From a virus (lineage: Duplodnaviria > Caudoviricetes): 58,137 bases of DNA. Made by a program: the position numbers and the translations under genes. Position 1 is the first letter of the stretch. Each line of letters starts with the position of its first letter. The stretch spans positions 1-58,137 of IMG/VR virus record IMGVR_UViG_3300025520_000006; one strand, 5' to 3'. A model generated the notes under the pieces. The model ran no database searches. It was not told the origin of the DNA and saw only the letters and a list, made by a program, of their open reading frames with translations. Of this stretch, positions 45,046-54,607 are shown piece by piece.

Positions 45046-45529
45046 CGGCGTCGATCCTAAGGTTCTAGCGCGATGGACAGGTGAAGTTCTGCGCGTCTAC
45101 GACGATCTCGCCGCGCAGAAAATTGCGAACATGGACAAGTGCAAGGAGATCAGGGAGCCGCTAACTGATCTCTATGATGCCGCGAAAAACGCAGGCCTGA
45201 ACCTCAAGGCTTTCAAATCTCATATCAAGGTTGAACTTGCGCAGCGGGCCTACGAGCGCGCGGTTGCGAAGGCGGAACCGGAGGACGACGAGGATCTCGA
45301 GGCGTTCGAAGCGCTGCGCGCCGTCGCCGAAGCCGGAGATCTTTTCGACGCCGCAGTGCAGGCCAACGAAAAGAAAAAAGGCGGCGGCAAGAAGGCTACG
45401 GATGACGACGAGAAAGACGTTCGGCCTCGTCATCTCAAGGATCTCGAACAGCAGCGCGTCGAGGAGAACACGCGCCGGCTCGAGGAAGGAATCAGCGGTC
45501 TACCGAACGCGGACGCCACGGACGCTTAG
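45026..45529 (+). CDS. GapR/DUF2312-like protein
   Basis: GHNG start; DLYDAAKNAGLNLKAFK..IK resembles the GapR motif; AAGGAG RBS. Confidence 0.55.
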   Translation: MAKAGHNGVDPKVLARWTGEVLRVYDDLAAQKIANMDKCKEIREPLTDLYDAAKNAGLNLKAFKSHIKVELAQRAYERAVAKAEPEDDEDLEAFEALRAVAEAGDLFDAAVQANEKKKGGGKKATDDDEKDVRPRHLKDLEQQRVEENTRRLEEGISGLPNADATDA

Positions 45530-45555
45530 ATCGGTCAGTGTGGCTGGGGGATTAG

Positions 45556-46116
45556 ATGACCATCGTTTTAGCGATCGATGCCGCGACGAAGGTCGGGTTC
45601 GCGCTCGGCGAGGCCGGCAAGGCGCCACGATCATGGTCGCAGCGTCTAAAAGACGGCGACGACGATCCAGAACGGGCGTTCAAAAAGCTCGGTATTACAT
45701 TGCGCGATCTCTTCATGGTCGAGAAGCCAGATCTCGTCATCGTCGAGGCGCCAATTCAAATGGGGGCGATGATTGAAGCAGATAGCGCGGCCCCGCGCGG
45801 CTTCAAGTTCAAGAGCAACCCAGAAACAATCTATCTACTGACGGGGCTGGTCGCCGGCGTCTTCACGATATGCGGGCCCTACGGCATCAGATGCCGCAAG
45901 GCGAACGTGCAGGCCGTCCGCAAACACGTCGTCGGAAAAGCGCGTCCTGCAGATCCGAAGAAAGCGGTGCTGGAGAGGTGCTGGCAGATCGCCTATCTGC
46001 CGCGCGATTGCCGCGACGACAACCGTGCTGACGCCATTGCTTTGCACATCTGGGCGTCTGACCATCTCTGCAAGCCGGCGACGCGCGAGCTGCACCTGAT
46101 GCAGGAGCAGGCGTAA
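45556..46116 (+). CDS. RuvC-like Holliday junction resolvase
   Basis: VLAIDAAT..GFA, VIVEAP, VRKHVVGK, DDNRADAIAL. Confidence 0.85.
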   Translation: MTIVLAIDAATKVGFALGEAGKAPRSWSQRLKDGDDDPERAFKKLGITLRDLFMVEKPDLVIVEAPIQMGAMIEADSAAPRGFKFKSNPETIYLLTGLVAGVFTICGPYGIRCRKANVQAVRKHVVGKARPADPKKAVLERCWQIAYLPRDCRDDNRADAIALHIWASDHLCKPATRELHLMQEQA

Positions 46117-46361
46117 TGGCATTCGTCGGCCGTGCACAGTTTAGACGGTTCCCGGAGATGGGCTGGGTTCGGCCGAGCCTCGCCGATCGCGTCATTAACG
46201 ATGTGCGCTCCGGTCTTGCGCTGGAGGAGATCGTTCGGCAGCGCGGGATCGAAGAGAAGAAGGTCGCTACGGTCATCGATCGCGCCTATCGCTATGGCTT
46301 CATCGAGGAGGATGAAGTGGCGTATGCGCTCGGGCTTCTTGCCAAGGAGCCGAGCCTATGA
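46116..46361 (+). CDS. Small HTH-like hypothetical protein
   Basis: Coupled on both sides. Confidence 0.55.
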   Translation: MAFVGRAQFRRFPEMGWVRPSLADRVINDVRSGLALEEIVRQRGIEEKKVATVIDRAYRYGFIEEDEVAYALGLLAKEPSL

Positions 46362-48046
46362 GCCAGCGGCGCTTCACCGACAAGCCGGAAATCGGCGGGA
46401 GCGTCTTCACGCTCGCCGACAATCATCCAGCGATGGTCGAGAACCGGACGCTCTTTCCGTCGACTGTCGTCGAGGTGAAGGAGACGGCGCCGGAACGGCT
46501 GCTCGTCTCCGGCGAGAACAACCGCAAGCTCGGAAAGACTGTCGAGAAAGGCAGGTTCGCAGGCTATGCGCTGTATCAGCTTTCGCTCGAAGAGAGGGCC
46601 ACCTGCCCTGCTGACTGCGAAATACGCGGCGCCTGCTATGGCAACTCGATGCAGATGGCCAGGCGCCATCGCATCGTCGATTCTGAGATCTTCTTCGGCC
46701 GGCTCGAGGAAGAGATCAAGTCTCTCGCCGCGCAGAACGTCGGCGTCCTGATCCGGCTGCATGTGCTCGGTGACTTTCCGTCCGTTGAATATGTGGCCTT
46801 TTGGCTCGACATATTATCGACCTACGAAAACGTGGCGTGCTTCGGCTATACCCATCGGCTGCCGGCGTGGCTCGAAGGCGACGAAATCGGCGACGCCGTC
46901 GAGAGCGTCAAAGACCAGTTTCCGGATCGTTTCCGCATCCGCTGGTCGTTTTCTGAGCTGCTCGCCGACGGCGCCAAAGTCGTCGACGAGACGCCGACGG
47001 ACGCCGTCATTGAGGATGAGATCGTCGGGCTGGTCTGCCCGGCTCAGACCGATGCGACGGCGTGCTGCGCGACGTGCGCCCTGTGCTGGCAGTCATCGGG
47101 AAATTGCGTCCTTTTCGTGAAGCATGGCAAGCAGCTCGGGCCGCGTAAGGAGCGCGCTGAGGAGCCGCAGCAAGAACCGGAGCCGGCGCCGACCGAGACC
47201 CTGCCGCCTGCGCCGGCGATGGTGCGGCGGATCCAGCGACTCGAGATCAAATACGACGTCAAACCGGCGATTGTCGGATCAATGCCCTCGACGCGGCTGG
47301 TCGACCCGGCGACCCTGCTCGTCGAGGACGCCTATCAGCGGCAGCTCTCGATCAAGTCAAAACGGCTGATTGAGAAGATCGTCGCCGAGTGGAGCTTTTC
47401 GAAGTTCAAGCCGCCAATCTGCGCCGAGACCGCCGAAGGTCTGTTCGTCATCGACGGCCAGCACACGGCGATCGCCGCCGTGACGCACGGCGGCATTCCG
47501 GCAATCCCCGTGCTGCTTGTGCCGCTGCACGACGTCAGCCAGCGCGCTGAGTCGTTTGTGGCCCACAACCGCGATCGCGTCGCGATGACGCCATTCGACG
47601 TCTTCCATGCCGAGGTCGCCGCCGGCATTGTCGGCGCCGCCGAGATCGCGCGCATCGCCCGCGAATGCGGCTGCGTGATCCCGCGCGCGCAGCCGGCGCG
47701 CAACTACGCGAAGCCCGGGCAGATCACCGCCATCAATGAGGTGGTCGAGATCTACAAGCACGCGGGCGCGAAGTCGCTACGGCGCATCCTCACTGTCGCG
47801 GCAATGGGCCGGCTGACGCCGATTACGGCGCGGCCGCTGCGCGCCATCCGTAGAATGTTCGAGGCGAAGGACGCCTATCCATGGGTCGCCAAATACAGCG
47901 ATGCCGAGATCGCTGAGGCGATGGCGGGGATCCCCGGCATCGACGGCGCGGCGAGGATTCACGCCGCGAAGACGGGCCAGGATGTCCAGCGCGCCTGCAT
48001 CATGCTGATCAAGGACTCGATGGAGAAACGGCGAGGCGTGCGATGA
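46358..48046 (+). CDS. Gp88-like Cys-rich domain fused to a ParB-like (DUF6551-like) domain
   Basis: N.KLGK...ATCPADC....CY...RLHVLGDF...YTH...CPAQ....CATCALCW; Pro/Glu linker; L.VE..YQR...VIDGQH...N. Confidence 0.75.
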   Translation: MSQRRFTDKPEIGGSVFTLADNHPAMVENRTLFPSTVVEVKETAPERLLVSGENNRKLGKTVEKGRFAGYALYQLSLEERATCPADCEIRGACYGNSMQMARRHRIVDSEIFFGRLEEEIKSLAAQNVGVLIRLHVLGDFPSVEYVAFWLDILSTYENVACFGYTHRLPAWLEGDEIGDAVESVKDQFPDRFRIRWSFSELLADGAKVVDETPTDAVIEDEIVGLVCPAQTDATACCATCALCWQSSGNCVLFVKHGKQLGPRKERAEEPQQEPEPAPTETLPPAPAMVRRIQRLEIKYDVKPAIVGSMPSTRLVDPATLLVEDAYQRQLSIKSKRLIEKIVAEWSFSKFKPPICAETAEGLFVIDGQHTAIAAVTHGGIPAIPVLLVPLHDVSQRAESFVAHNRDRVAMTPFDVFHAEVAAGIVGAAEIARIARECGCVIPRAQPARNYAKPGQITAINEVVEIYKHAGAKSLRRILTVAAMGRLTPITARPLRAIRRMFEAKDAYPWVAKYSDAEIAEAMAGIPGIDGAARIHAAKTGQDVQRACIMLIKDSMEKRRGVR

Positions 48047-48738
48047 GCAAGTTGATGGGCCACATCGTCGAGATCGGCAAATACTACGCTCAGATGAGCG
48101 ATGAGCAGCAGTTCGCGCTGCAGACCCTGTTCGGGTTCGCCTGCAGCAAGACCTGCGCAGAAAACGAGGCGACGACGCAGATCGAGGAGCTGCCGTCGCC
48201 GTTGTCGCGCATGCCGCCGGTTTTATCAAAGTCGGTTCCGCCAGGGGAGATCGGCGAGACGGCGGAAGGCACGTTCTTCACGGATCTTGGCGGCACAACG
48301 CTGGCTGACGAGATTATGAACCTCTTGCCGAAGATGTTGGAGCAATATCCCAAGGGACCCACCATGAAGCAGGTGGCCTCCTGGATGGATGCTGACCCGA
48401 TAAATGTCCGGCAGGCGTTCACGAAGATCGCCTCCGACGGGCGCGCTGTGACGAAGCGGCGCGGCGACACTCACGCGCTGCATCTGACGCCGCTGGGCTA
48501 TGAAAGCCCGCCAGAGGACCTGACCGCGCCGCAGGCGCAGGTGCTGCGCGCGCTCGACGAAGCCGAGCAAGATGGCGTCTCCCCTTACATCACGTATAGC
48601 GGCCTTGCCACCTCCGCCGGCGTTTCGCAGGGCGGCATCAGAGCGATCGTCAGCGCTCTCGCGGCAAAAAAAGCGATCAAGATCGTCGAGCAGACTACGC
48701 AAGGCGTGATGGCGCAAGTTCTCCGGAGGCCGGCGTGA
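48043..48738 (+). CDS. Hypothetical protein with tandem winged-helix-like segments
   Basis: GPT.KQVA..M and LT..Q..VL...TYSGLA..AGVS motifs. Confidence 0.6.
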   Translation: MSKLMGHIVEIGKYYAQMSDEQQFALQTLFGFACSKTCAENEATTQIEELPSPLSRMPPVLSKSVPPGEIGETAEGTFFTDLGGTTLADEIMNLLPKMLEQYPKGPTMKQVASWMDADPINVRQAFTKIASDGRAVTKRRGDTHALHLTPLGYESPPEDLTAPQAQVLRALDEAEQDGVSPYITYSGLATSAGVSQGGIRAIVSALAAKKAIKIVEQTTQGVMAQVLRRPA

Positions 48739-49316
48739 CCTGGTTCTTCGAACCGCTGCCGCTGTTCTGCGCCGATCTCGTCGTCATGGATCCGCCGACG
48801 GAGTTCGCGTTGCGAAGCGAAAATGGCGTCAACAAAAGCGGCCAGGGCCATTACGCGGTCATGACCGACCAAGAAATTCTCGACATGCCGGTCGGACTGC
48901 TGGTCGGCGCCAATTCGTGGATATTCCTCTGGTCGAACGGGCCGAAGCTAGAATTCGGCTTTGCGTGTCTGAAGCGCTGGGGCTTCATCTACGTCACGGA
49001 GCTTGCATGGCGGAAGGTGTCAAAGAACGGCAAGCCGATGATGGGCCCCGGCTATGTCGCGCGCTCCAAGCATGAAAGCGTTCTGATCGGCAAGATTGGC
49101 AGGCCGCGCTATCGGAAGGCGATCGACTCGGAGTTTGACGGGGTTCGCCGGCAGCACAGCCGCAAGCCCGAAGAATTCTATCAGATGATCGATAACCGCT
49201 TCGCCCTGCCGTGGATGCGGAAGCTCGATTGCTTCGCGCGCCAGTCCCGGGCGGGATGGATCACCTTCGGCAACCAGCGGACGAAGTTCGATGCGGCTCC
49301 AGGGGTCGCGGCATGA
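48735..49316 (+). CDS. MT-A70 family adenine methyltransferase (DPPT variant)
   Basis: DPP.....HY..M...I..MPV, FLW, WGF.Y....W.K, HSRKPEEFY, FAR..R.GW..FGNQ. Confidence 0.9.
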   Translation: MTWFFEPLPLFCADLVVMDPPTEFALRSENGVNKSGQGHYAVMTDQEILDMPVGLLVGANSWIFLWSNGPKLEFGFACLKRWGFIYVTELAWRKVSKNGKPMMGPGYVARSKHESVLIGKIGRPRYRKAIDSEFDGVRRQHSRKPEEFYQMIDNRFALPWMRKLDCFARQSRAGWITFGNQRTKFDAAPGVAA

Positions 49317-49912
49317 GCTGGACGCCGGAACGCGAAGCCAAGATGCGCGAGCTATGGGGACAGGGGATGTCGGCGTCGGCGGTCGCCGCACAGCTCGGGC
49401 CATGGTGCACGCGCAGCGCCGTGCTCGGGAAGGTCCATCGGCTCGGTCTTTCTGATCGAGCCGCAGCCGCGGCGCCGCCGCGATCCTTAGTCCCGCCGGC
49501 GAGTAAGCCGGTTGCGCCGGCGGCCATCACTGACGCGTTCTACGCGCAGCAGAAGCAACCAAAACCAAAGATGGGAAGACAACTCCCGCTTCGACAGGAG
49601 GAGGTTGCCAAACCTGTCCAGGCACCTGTGCTCATCGTCGACGACGAGGCCGTCATCCCGATATCCGCGCGCGTCACGCTCATGGATCTGCGCGAGTCCT
49701 CGTGCCGCTGGCCCATGGGGGATCCACAATCCGACGAGTTTCGCTTCTGTGGCGGCAAGGCGGTGATCGGCGGCGGCCCTTACTGCGCCTATCACGCCCG
49801 CGTTGCCTATGTCCCAATGGCGGCGCGACGAAAGCAGTTTAGCAATGAGCCGCGCGCCAATATGCGCGCCTCGCATGTCAAGCGCGGCTCGACGGCATGG
49901 GGGGATGGATGA
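49313..49912 (+). CDS. gcrA: GcrA-family cell-cycle regulator
   Basis: MSWT.ER...LW.QG.SAS.VA..LG...TRSAVLGKVHRLGL; L.DL.ESSCRWP.GDP....F.FCG...PYC.YH. Confidence 0.93.
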   Translation: MSWTPEREAKMRELWGQGMSASAVAAQLGPWCTRSAVLGKVHRLGLSDRAAAAAPPRSLVPPASKPVAPAAITDAFYAQQKQPKPKMGRQLPLRQEEVAKPVQAPVLIVDDEAVIPISARVTLMDLRESSCRWPMGDPQSDEFRFCGGKAVIGGGPYCAYHARVAYVPMAARRKQFSNEPRANMRASHVKRGSTAWGDG

Positions 49913-50151
49913 GCCAATCGCAGGATCGGACGCCATCAGCGAACGAGCAGACGCAATTCACGCTCGACGACTTTCTCACGACGCTCATGGAACTTTCCTA
50001 TGAGGAGGAAAGCCAGTTCAAGGCCTTTGGCGCGACCTGGAGGAAGCGGCGCGCCGACATTCTCGATCGCTTCATCATCCTGCTCGACGTCGGCAGAGCG
50101 CGCGTAATTCCGGAGTTGCGCAAGACCGCCGAAAAATTGCGTGCCGGATAG
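49909..50151 (+). CDS. Hypothetical protein
   Basis: ATGA coupling to gcrA. Confidence 0.55.
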   Translation: MSQSQDRTPSANEQTQFTLDDFLTTLMELSYEEESQFKAFGATWRKRRADILDRFIILLDVGRARVIPELRKTAEKLRAG

Positions 50152-50176
50152 GTTTCACGGTGTTTTGGGGGCACCC

Positions 50177-50488
50177 ATGGATACAACAAACGCGCCAGTC
50201 CGCGCGCGCATTGTCGATCTCCTCCGCAGCGGGAAATCCGACGACGAGATAATCATCGAGGTTTGGGGCGAGCGGGCTGGCAATTTCTCGCAATGCCGCC
50301 ACACGATCCTTCTCGCGCGAGATGCACTGGAAATCGACGAACTCGGAGGGCCGGGCGTCAAATACAAGGGACCATGGCCGGTTTCGTATGTCCGGAACAC
50401 GGGGGAGCGCGTTTTCAGAGTCGCGCCGGGCCACGACGTTCCAGAAGGCAGTCTCGGTGCGCTCGGCTTTAAAATGGAGCGGCGCTGA
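50177..50488 (+). CDS. Hypothetical protein
   Basis: ATG after GGGGG; TGATG coupling to the next gene. Confidence 0.55.
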   Translation: MDTTNAPVRARIVDLLRSGKSDDEIIIEVWGERAGNFSQCRHTILLARDALEIDELGGPGVKYKGPWPVSYVRNTGERVFRVAPGHDVPEGSLGALGFKMERR

Positions 50489-50985
50489 TGGCCCTGCACG
50501 AGCAATGCCTTGGTGCAACCGATGAGTGGTTTACGCCACCGCACGTATTCGACGCGCTCGGATGCACGTTCGATATGGATGTAGCCCACCCTGGCGCGCC
50601 ATTCGCGCCATGGGTGCCGGCGCGCGCTGTCCTGACAAAGGAAGAAGATGGACTACTGCATCCATGGCGCGGGTTCGTCTGGATGAACGCACCTTTTGGT
50701 GGTCGCAATGGATTGCAGCCGTGGCTCGATAAATTCTTTGCCCATTGTGACGGAATCGCGCTCGCACCTGATCGGACATCGGCGCCCTGGTGGCAAGAAT
50801 ACGCGCCGCGCGCCGACGCCGTTCTGTTTGTTCGAAAGAAGATCAGGTTTCTTAGACGGGACGGGTCAGAGGGTAAGTCGCCGGCCCAAGGCACGACGCT
50901 CATGGCGCTGGGGAGACGCGGGTGCGCGGCCCTGGAAAACGCAAAGCTCTCCGGTCTCGGCGCGCTATTCGGGAGGGCGCGATGA
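50488..50985 (+). CDS. Phage N6-adenine DNA methyltransferase (short Dam-like)
   Basis: DEWFTP..VFDALG..FD.D, DGL...W.G.VWMNAPFG, RT...WW, I.F. Confidence 0.88.
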   Translation: MALHEQCLGATDEWFTPPHVFDALGCTFDMDVAHPGAPFAPWVPARAVLTKEEDGLLHPWRGFVWMNAPFGGRNGLQPWLDKFFAHCDGIALAPDRTSAPWWQEYAPRADAVLFVRKKIRFLRRDGSEGKSPAQGTTLMALGRRGCAALENAKLSGLGALFGRAR

Positions 50986-51248
50986 AAGAGAAAAACCCGC
51001 AGCGCATCACAGACAAATATATCGCGCGTGATGGAGGTCCGCCGGGCGCAATAGCTGAGGCCCCGAAGAACACGAATGAGATCAGCTATGCCGAAGCGGC
51101 ATGGAGAACCAACGCCGATAAAATTCGGAATTGTCTGAGATCTGAGCGATCCAAAAAATTCATTCTTGCCGCGGAGTGCTTTGAGGAGGTTGGCTTCGCG
51201 ATCGGACGCGATTCAGGAAAAGCGTTTGTTGGAAAGGCGCGTCGATGA
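50982..51248 (+). CDS. Hypothetical protein
   Basis: GGAGG RBS, ATGA coupling. Confidence 0.55.
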   Translation: MKEKNPQRITDKYIARDGGPPGAIAEAPKNTNEISYAEAAWRTNADKIRNCLRSERSKKFILAAECFEEVGFAIGRDSGKAFVGKARR

Positions 51249-52474
51249 GCGACGCCGCGATGGAGGACTGGATCAGTCGCGCTAGGGAATCGGCGCCGCT
51301 CGAAGTCGCGCAGGCGCTCGGCGCGAAACTGAAGCGCGCCGGATCGGCGGAGCATATCGGGCCGTGCCCGGCGTGCGGAGGGACAGACAGATTCAGCATC
51401 AACACTAAAGACCGCGTCTTTAACTGCCGGGGGTCAGGTGGAGGTGACGTCATCACCATGGCGGCACATATCCTCGGGCTCGATGCGAAAAAGGACTTTA
51501 TCGCGGTCTGCGAATCGATCCTGCAGGAGCCGCCGCCGCGCGGCGAAAGCCGCAGCATCGAACCTGATCCCGCGATCCAGAAAGAGCGCAAGGAAGAGCG
51601 CCGCGACGCGGCGATCGAGCGTGACCGGCAGGATAGCGCGAAGCTCCTCGAGCATATCGAACGCGCCACGTCGCTTTTTGAAAAAGGAATGCCGATCGAA
51701 GGGACGATCGTCCAAGACTATCTGGAACGGCGCGGCATAAATTATGCGCACTTCCCGCATGCGGACCTGCGTTTCATCCCAAATCTCTCATATCGCGGGT
51801 TTGCAAATCCGCCTGGCGCTCGCGACGAAAACGGCGATGAACTGCCGGACGAAGAAGTAGAGCTCGGCCGCTTTCATTGCATGGTGGCTGCGGCGCGTGA
51901 TGCGCGCGGCCGCATAACCGGCGTCCATCGCACCTACATCGATCCATCTGCCCCGATCAAACTGCGCGCTCCCGGCGACAGGACGCGCAACAAGGCGAAG
52001 AAGGGCACCTTCCAAATGGGCGGCGGGCTGATCATGCTGCAGCCGCCTACGGACCTGCTCGCCGTCGGCGAGGGCATCGAAACATCCCTGGCCTGGCTGG
52101 AAATGGCGCGCATCGGCGAGTTCGGGGACGACTTCGCGCATGCCGGCGCCGCCGCCGCTTACTCGCTCGGAAACCTTTGCGGAAAGGCGGCGGGAACAAT
52201 CCCGCACCCCAATCCGCCACGCGGGCGCAGAAACGCGACATTGCCGAACGACGATCCTGATCTGTCGAGCCCCGCGATCTGGATTCCGAAGGGCGTAAAA
52301 AGGCTGGTCCTGCTCGGCGACGGTGACAGCGAGCCGGCCTGGACGCGCGCGATGTTGCGCCTTGGGGGCCAAAGGTTCAGGCGCCTCGGTCTAGATGTCT
52401 TCGTGCATTTCGCGCCCGACGGTTCGGATTGGAATGACGTGCTCTTCGCCTCCCGAAGATTGGAGGCGGCGTGA
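51245..52474 (+). CDS. Primase (P4-type zinc finger plus TOPRIM)
   Basis: GPCPACGGTDRF...CR, YLE.RGI, GVHRTY, VGEGIET, GDGD, G.DWND. Confidence 0.92.
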   Translation: MSDAAMEDWISRARESAPLEVAQALGAKLKRAGSAEHIGPCPACGGTDRFSINTKDRVFNCRGSGGGDVITMAAHILGLDAKKDFIAVCESILQEPPPRGESRSIEPDPAIQKERKEERRDAAIERDRQDSAKLLEHIERATSLFEKGMPIEGTIVQDYLERRGINYAHFPHADLRFIPNLSYRGFANPPGARDENGDELPDEEVELGRFHCMVAAARDARGRITGVHRTYIDPSAPIKLRAPGDRTRNKAKKGTFQMGGGLIMLQPPTDLLAVGEGIETSLAWLEMARIGEFGDDFAHAGAAAAYSLGNLCGKAAGTIPHPNPPRGRRNATLPNDDPDLSSPAIWIPKGVKRLVLLGDGDSEPAWTRAMLRLGGQRFRRLGLDVFVHFAPDGSDWNDVLFASRRLEAA

Positions 52475-53151
52475 AACCTCGTCGCCCTCGCGCTATTGAT
52501 CTCTATTGTGGCGCCGGCGGGGTGGCGTTGGGGCTCGCGCGCGCCGGCTTCGAGGTTGTCGGTTGCGATCTCTTGCGCCAGCCGCATTACCCTTTCCAAT
52601 TCGTCCAGGCCGATGCTCTGCGACCGCCATTCGATCTATCGAGGTTCGATCTGATCTGGGCTTCGCCGCCATGCCAGGCGCACACCGCGATGCGCCGCAT
52701 GCACAACGCTAAAAAGCATGTCGATCTGATCGCGCCGACGCGCGAGCTGCTGCGTGCGAGCGGGCAGCTCTACGTGATCGAGAACGTCGAAGGCGCGCCG
52801 CTGGTCAATCCCGTCATGCTTTGCGGGACGATGTTCGGGCTCGGAATCGATGGCGCCGAACTCCGCCGTCACAGGCTCTTCGAAACGAATTTTCCCTTGC
52901 AAAAGCTGGCCTGCGCCCATGGCGCCGAACCTGCCGTGATTGGCGTCTACGGCGGACACGTCCGCAACCGGAAACGAAGGGAGGGATCGCACGCCAGGGG
53001 AGTTGCCGACTTCTCGCCGGACGATGGCCGCAAGGCGATGGGCATCGACCACATGACGCTCGCAGAGCTGTCAGAAGCCATTCCGCCAGCTTACGCGGAA
53101 TACGTCGGCCTCGCCGCGCGCCAGGCCATGATGCTGAGGCGCGCCGCATGA
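52471..53151 (+). CDS. C5 cytosine methyltransferase (short)
   Basis: DLYCGAGG, ASPPCQ, IENV, AIPPAY. Confidence 0.9.
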   Translation: MKPRRPRAIDLYCGAGGVALGLARAGFEVVGCDLLRQPHYPFQFVQADALRPPFDLSRFDLIWASPPCQAHTAMRRMHNAKKHVDLIAPTRELLRASGQLYVIENVEGAPLVNPVMLCGTMFGLGIDGAELRRHRLFETNFPLQKLACAHGAEPAVIGVYGGHVRNRKRREGSHARGVADFSPDDGRKAMGIDHMTLAELSEAIPPAYAEYVGLAARQAMMLRRAA

Positions 53152-53285
53152 TCGAGCGCATCGCCTATCGCTTCAAGTCAGGCCGTCTCGTCATCATCAC
53201 GATCGAGCGGAAACCGTCGCGCATGGTGAGACGGGCCCGGGCGCGCGCCAAGGCGGCGCGCCTGAGATGGAGGCCGGCAGCATGA
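53148..53285 (+). CDS. Small basic protein (45 aa)
   Basis: ATGA coupling on both sides (MIERIAYRFKSGR...). Confidence 0.5.
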   Translation: MIERIAYRFKSGRLVIITIERKPSRMVRRARARAKAARLRWRPAA

Positions 53286-54607
53286 CCGTCCTGGCGTCGT
53301 TCGATCTGCCTCCCGTCCTTTCGCTTGAAGAATTTGAGAGAGAAAGCGCGCCTTACTTCGCGCCGCCGCCGTACGTCTCGAAGTTCGGCGCCGTGACCTG
53401 GGCGGATATGGATCTCCCGGGTCCAGAGCATGAATGGCTTATCAAGAATGTGATCACGCGGGGTGAGCGCTCCATGATGGTTGGGGCCTCACAGTCCGGG
53501 AAATCTTTTCTCGTGATCGATCTCGCCATGGCGATCGCGAGAGGCGTGCCCTGGCTCGGGAACAAAGCCATGCGCGGCGGCGTCGTCTTTCAGGCCGGAG
53601 AAGGCGGCCGCGGGATCAAGAAGAGGATCAGAGCCTATCGGCTCGAGCACGGTCTGAGCCCGGAAGACAAAATACCGTTCGTGTTGCTCCCAAAGACGGT
53701 CGACCTATTCGCCGGCGACGCAGCGGCGAACCTGCTCATCGAGGAGACCAAGCATTGGGCGTCGACATTCGATTGTCCGCTCGAACTCGTCGTCATCGAT
53801 ACGCTGTCAACGGCGACCCCTGGTGCAGACGAGAACAGCTCGAAGGATGTTTCTCCGGTTCTGGCGCGCTGCGAACGTATCGCATCAGAAACGCGGGCAT
53901 CGGTGCTTCTCGTGCATCATATGAATTCCGGCGGCCAGAAGCCGCGCGGGCACACATCCATCATGGCCAATCTGGACTCGGTGCTAAAGGTCGAGAAGCT
54001 CGAAGAGATGGATATCGACCGGCGCGCAGTTCGCGAAATCGAGATCGCAAAGCAGAAGGACGGCGAGTCCGGCAAGAAATGGCGTTTCGTGCTGCCGGCC
54101 GTCGAGATCGGGCGCGACGGAGACGGCGAGCCCATCACGAGCTGCGTGGTACGTCTCCCGAACGTAGATGGCGAGCCCGGGGAGACGTCGAAGGCGACCG
54201 ACGCCGGTATCAGGCTGACGCCGCAGTGCGAGGTGTTCTTGCGCGCGATCTATCGCGCGCTCGCCGATGGGGGCGAGAATGCGCCTGTGGTTCTCGGCCT
54301 GCCGAGCGGCACAAGGGTCGTGCACTGGAGGGTGCTCGCCGAAAAGTTTGCCGAGATGGCGTTCGACGGCGCCGACGAAGAGGATCCGAAGAAGCGCGCC
54401 AATGCGCTGTCGCAGGCGATGAAGCGGCATGGCGAAAAGCTGATGCAACTCAACATCATCATGCGGCAGAAGCCTTTCGTATGGCTCACAGGAAGAAAGG
54501 TGAGGGGCTTTTCGCGCCGCGCCGACAGCGCCTCTGAAAAGTCGCGGCCGAGTGAAGCGCCGCCGCCTAGCCCGGGCCCAGCCGATCAAGAGGAGGTGTT
54601 CTTCTGA
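53282..54607 (+). CDS. RepA-like AAA_25 (SF4) helicase
   Basis: GASQSGKS, AGEG, VVIDTL, DEN, LVHH, RGHT, KQKDG. Confidence 0.93.
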   Translation: MTVLASFDLPPVLSLEEFERESAPYFAPPPYVSKFGAVTWADMDLPGPEHEWLIKNVITRGERSMMVGASQSGKSFLVIDLAMAIARGVPWLGNKAMRGGVVFQAGEGGRGIKKRIRAYRLEHGLSPEDKIPFVLLPKTVDLFAGDAAANLLIEETKHWASTFDCPLELVVIDTLSTATPGADENSSKDVSPVLARCERIASETRASVLLVHHMNSGGQKPRGHTSIMANLDSVLKVEKLEEMDIDRRAVREIEIAKQKDGESGKKWRFVLPAVEIGRDGDGEPITSCVVRLPNVDGEPGETSKATDAGIRLTPQCEVFLRAIYRALADGGENAPVVLGLPSGTRVVHWRVLAEKFAEMAFDGADEEDPKKRANALSQAMKRHGEKLMQLNIIMRQKPFVWLTGRKVRGFSRRADSASEKSRPSEAPPPSPGPADQEEVFF

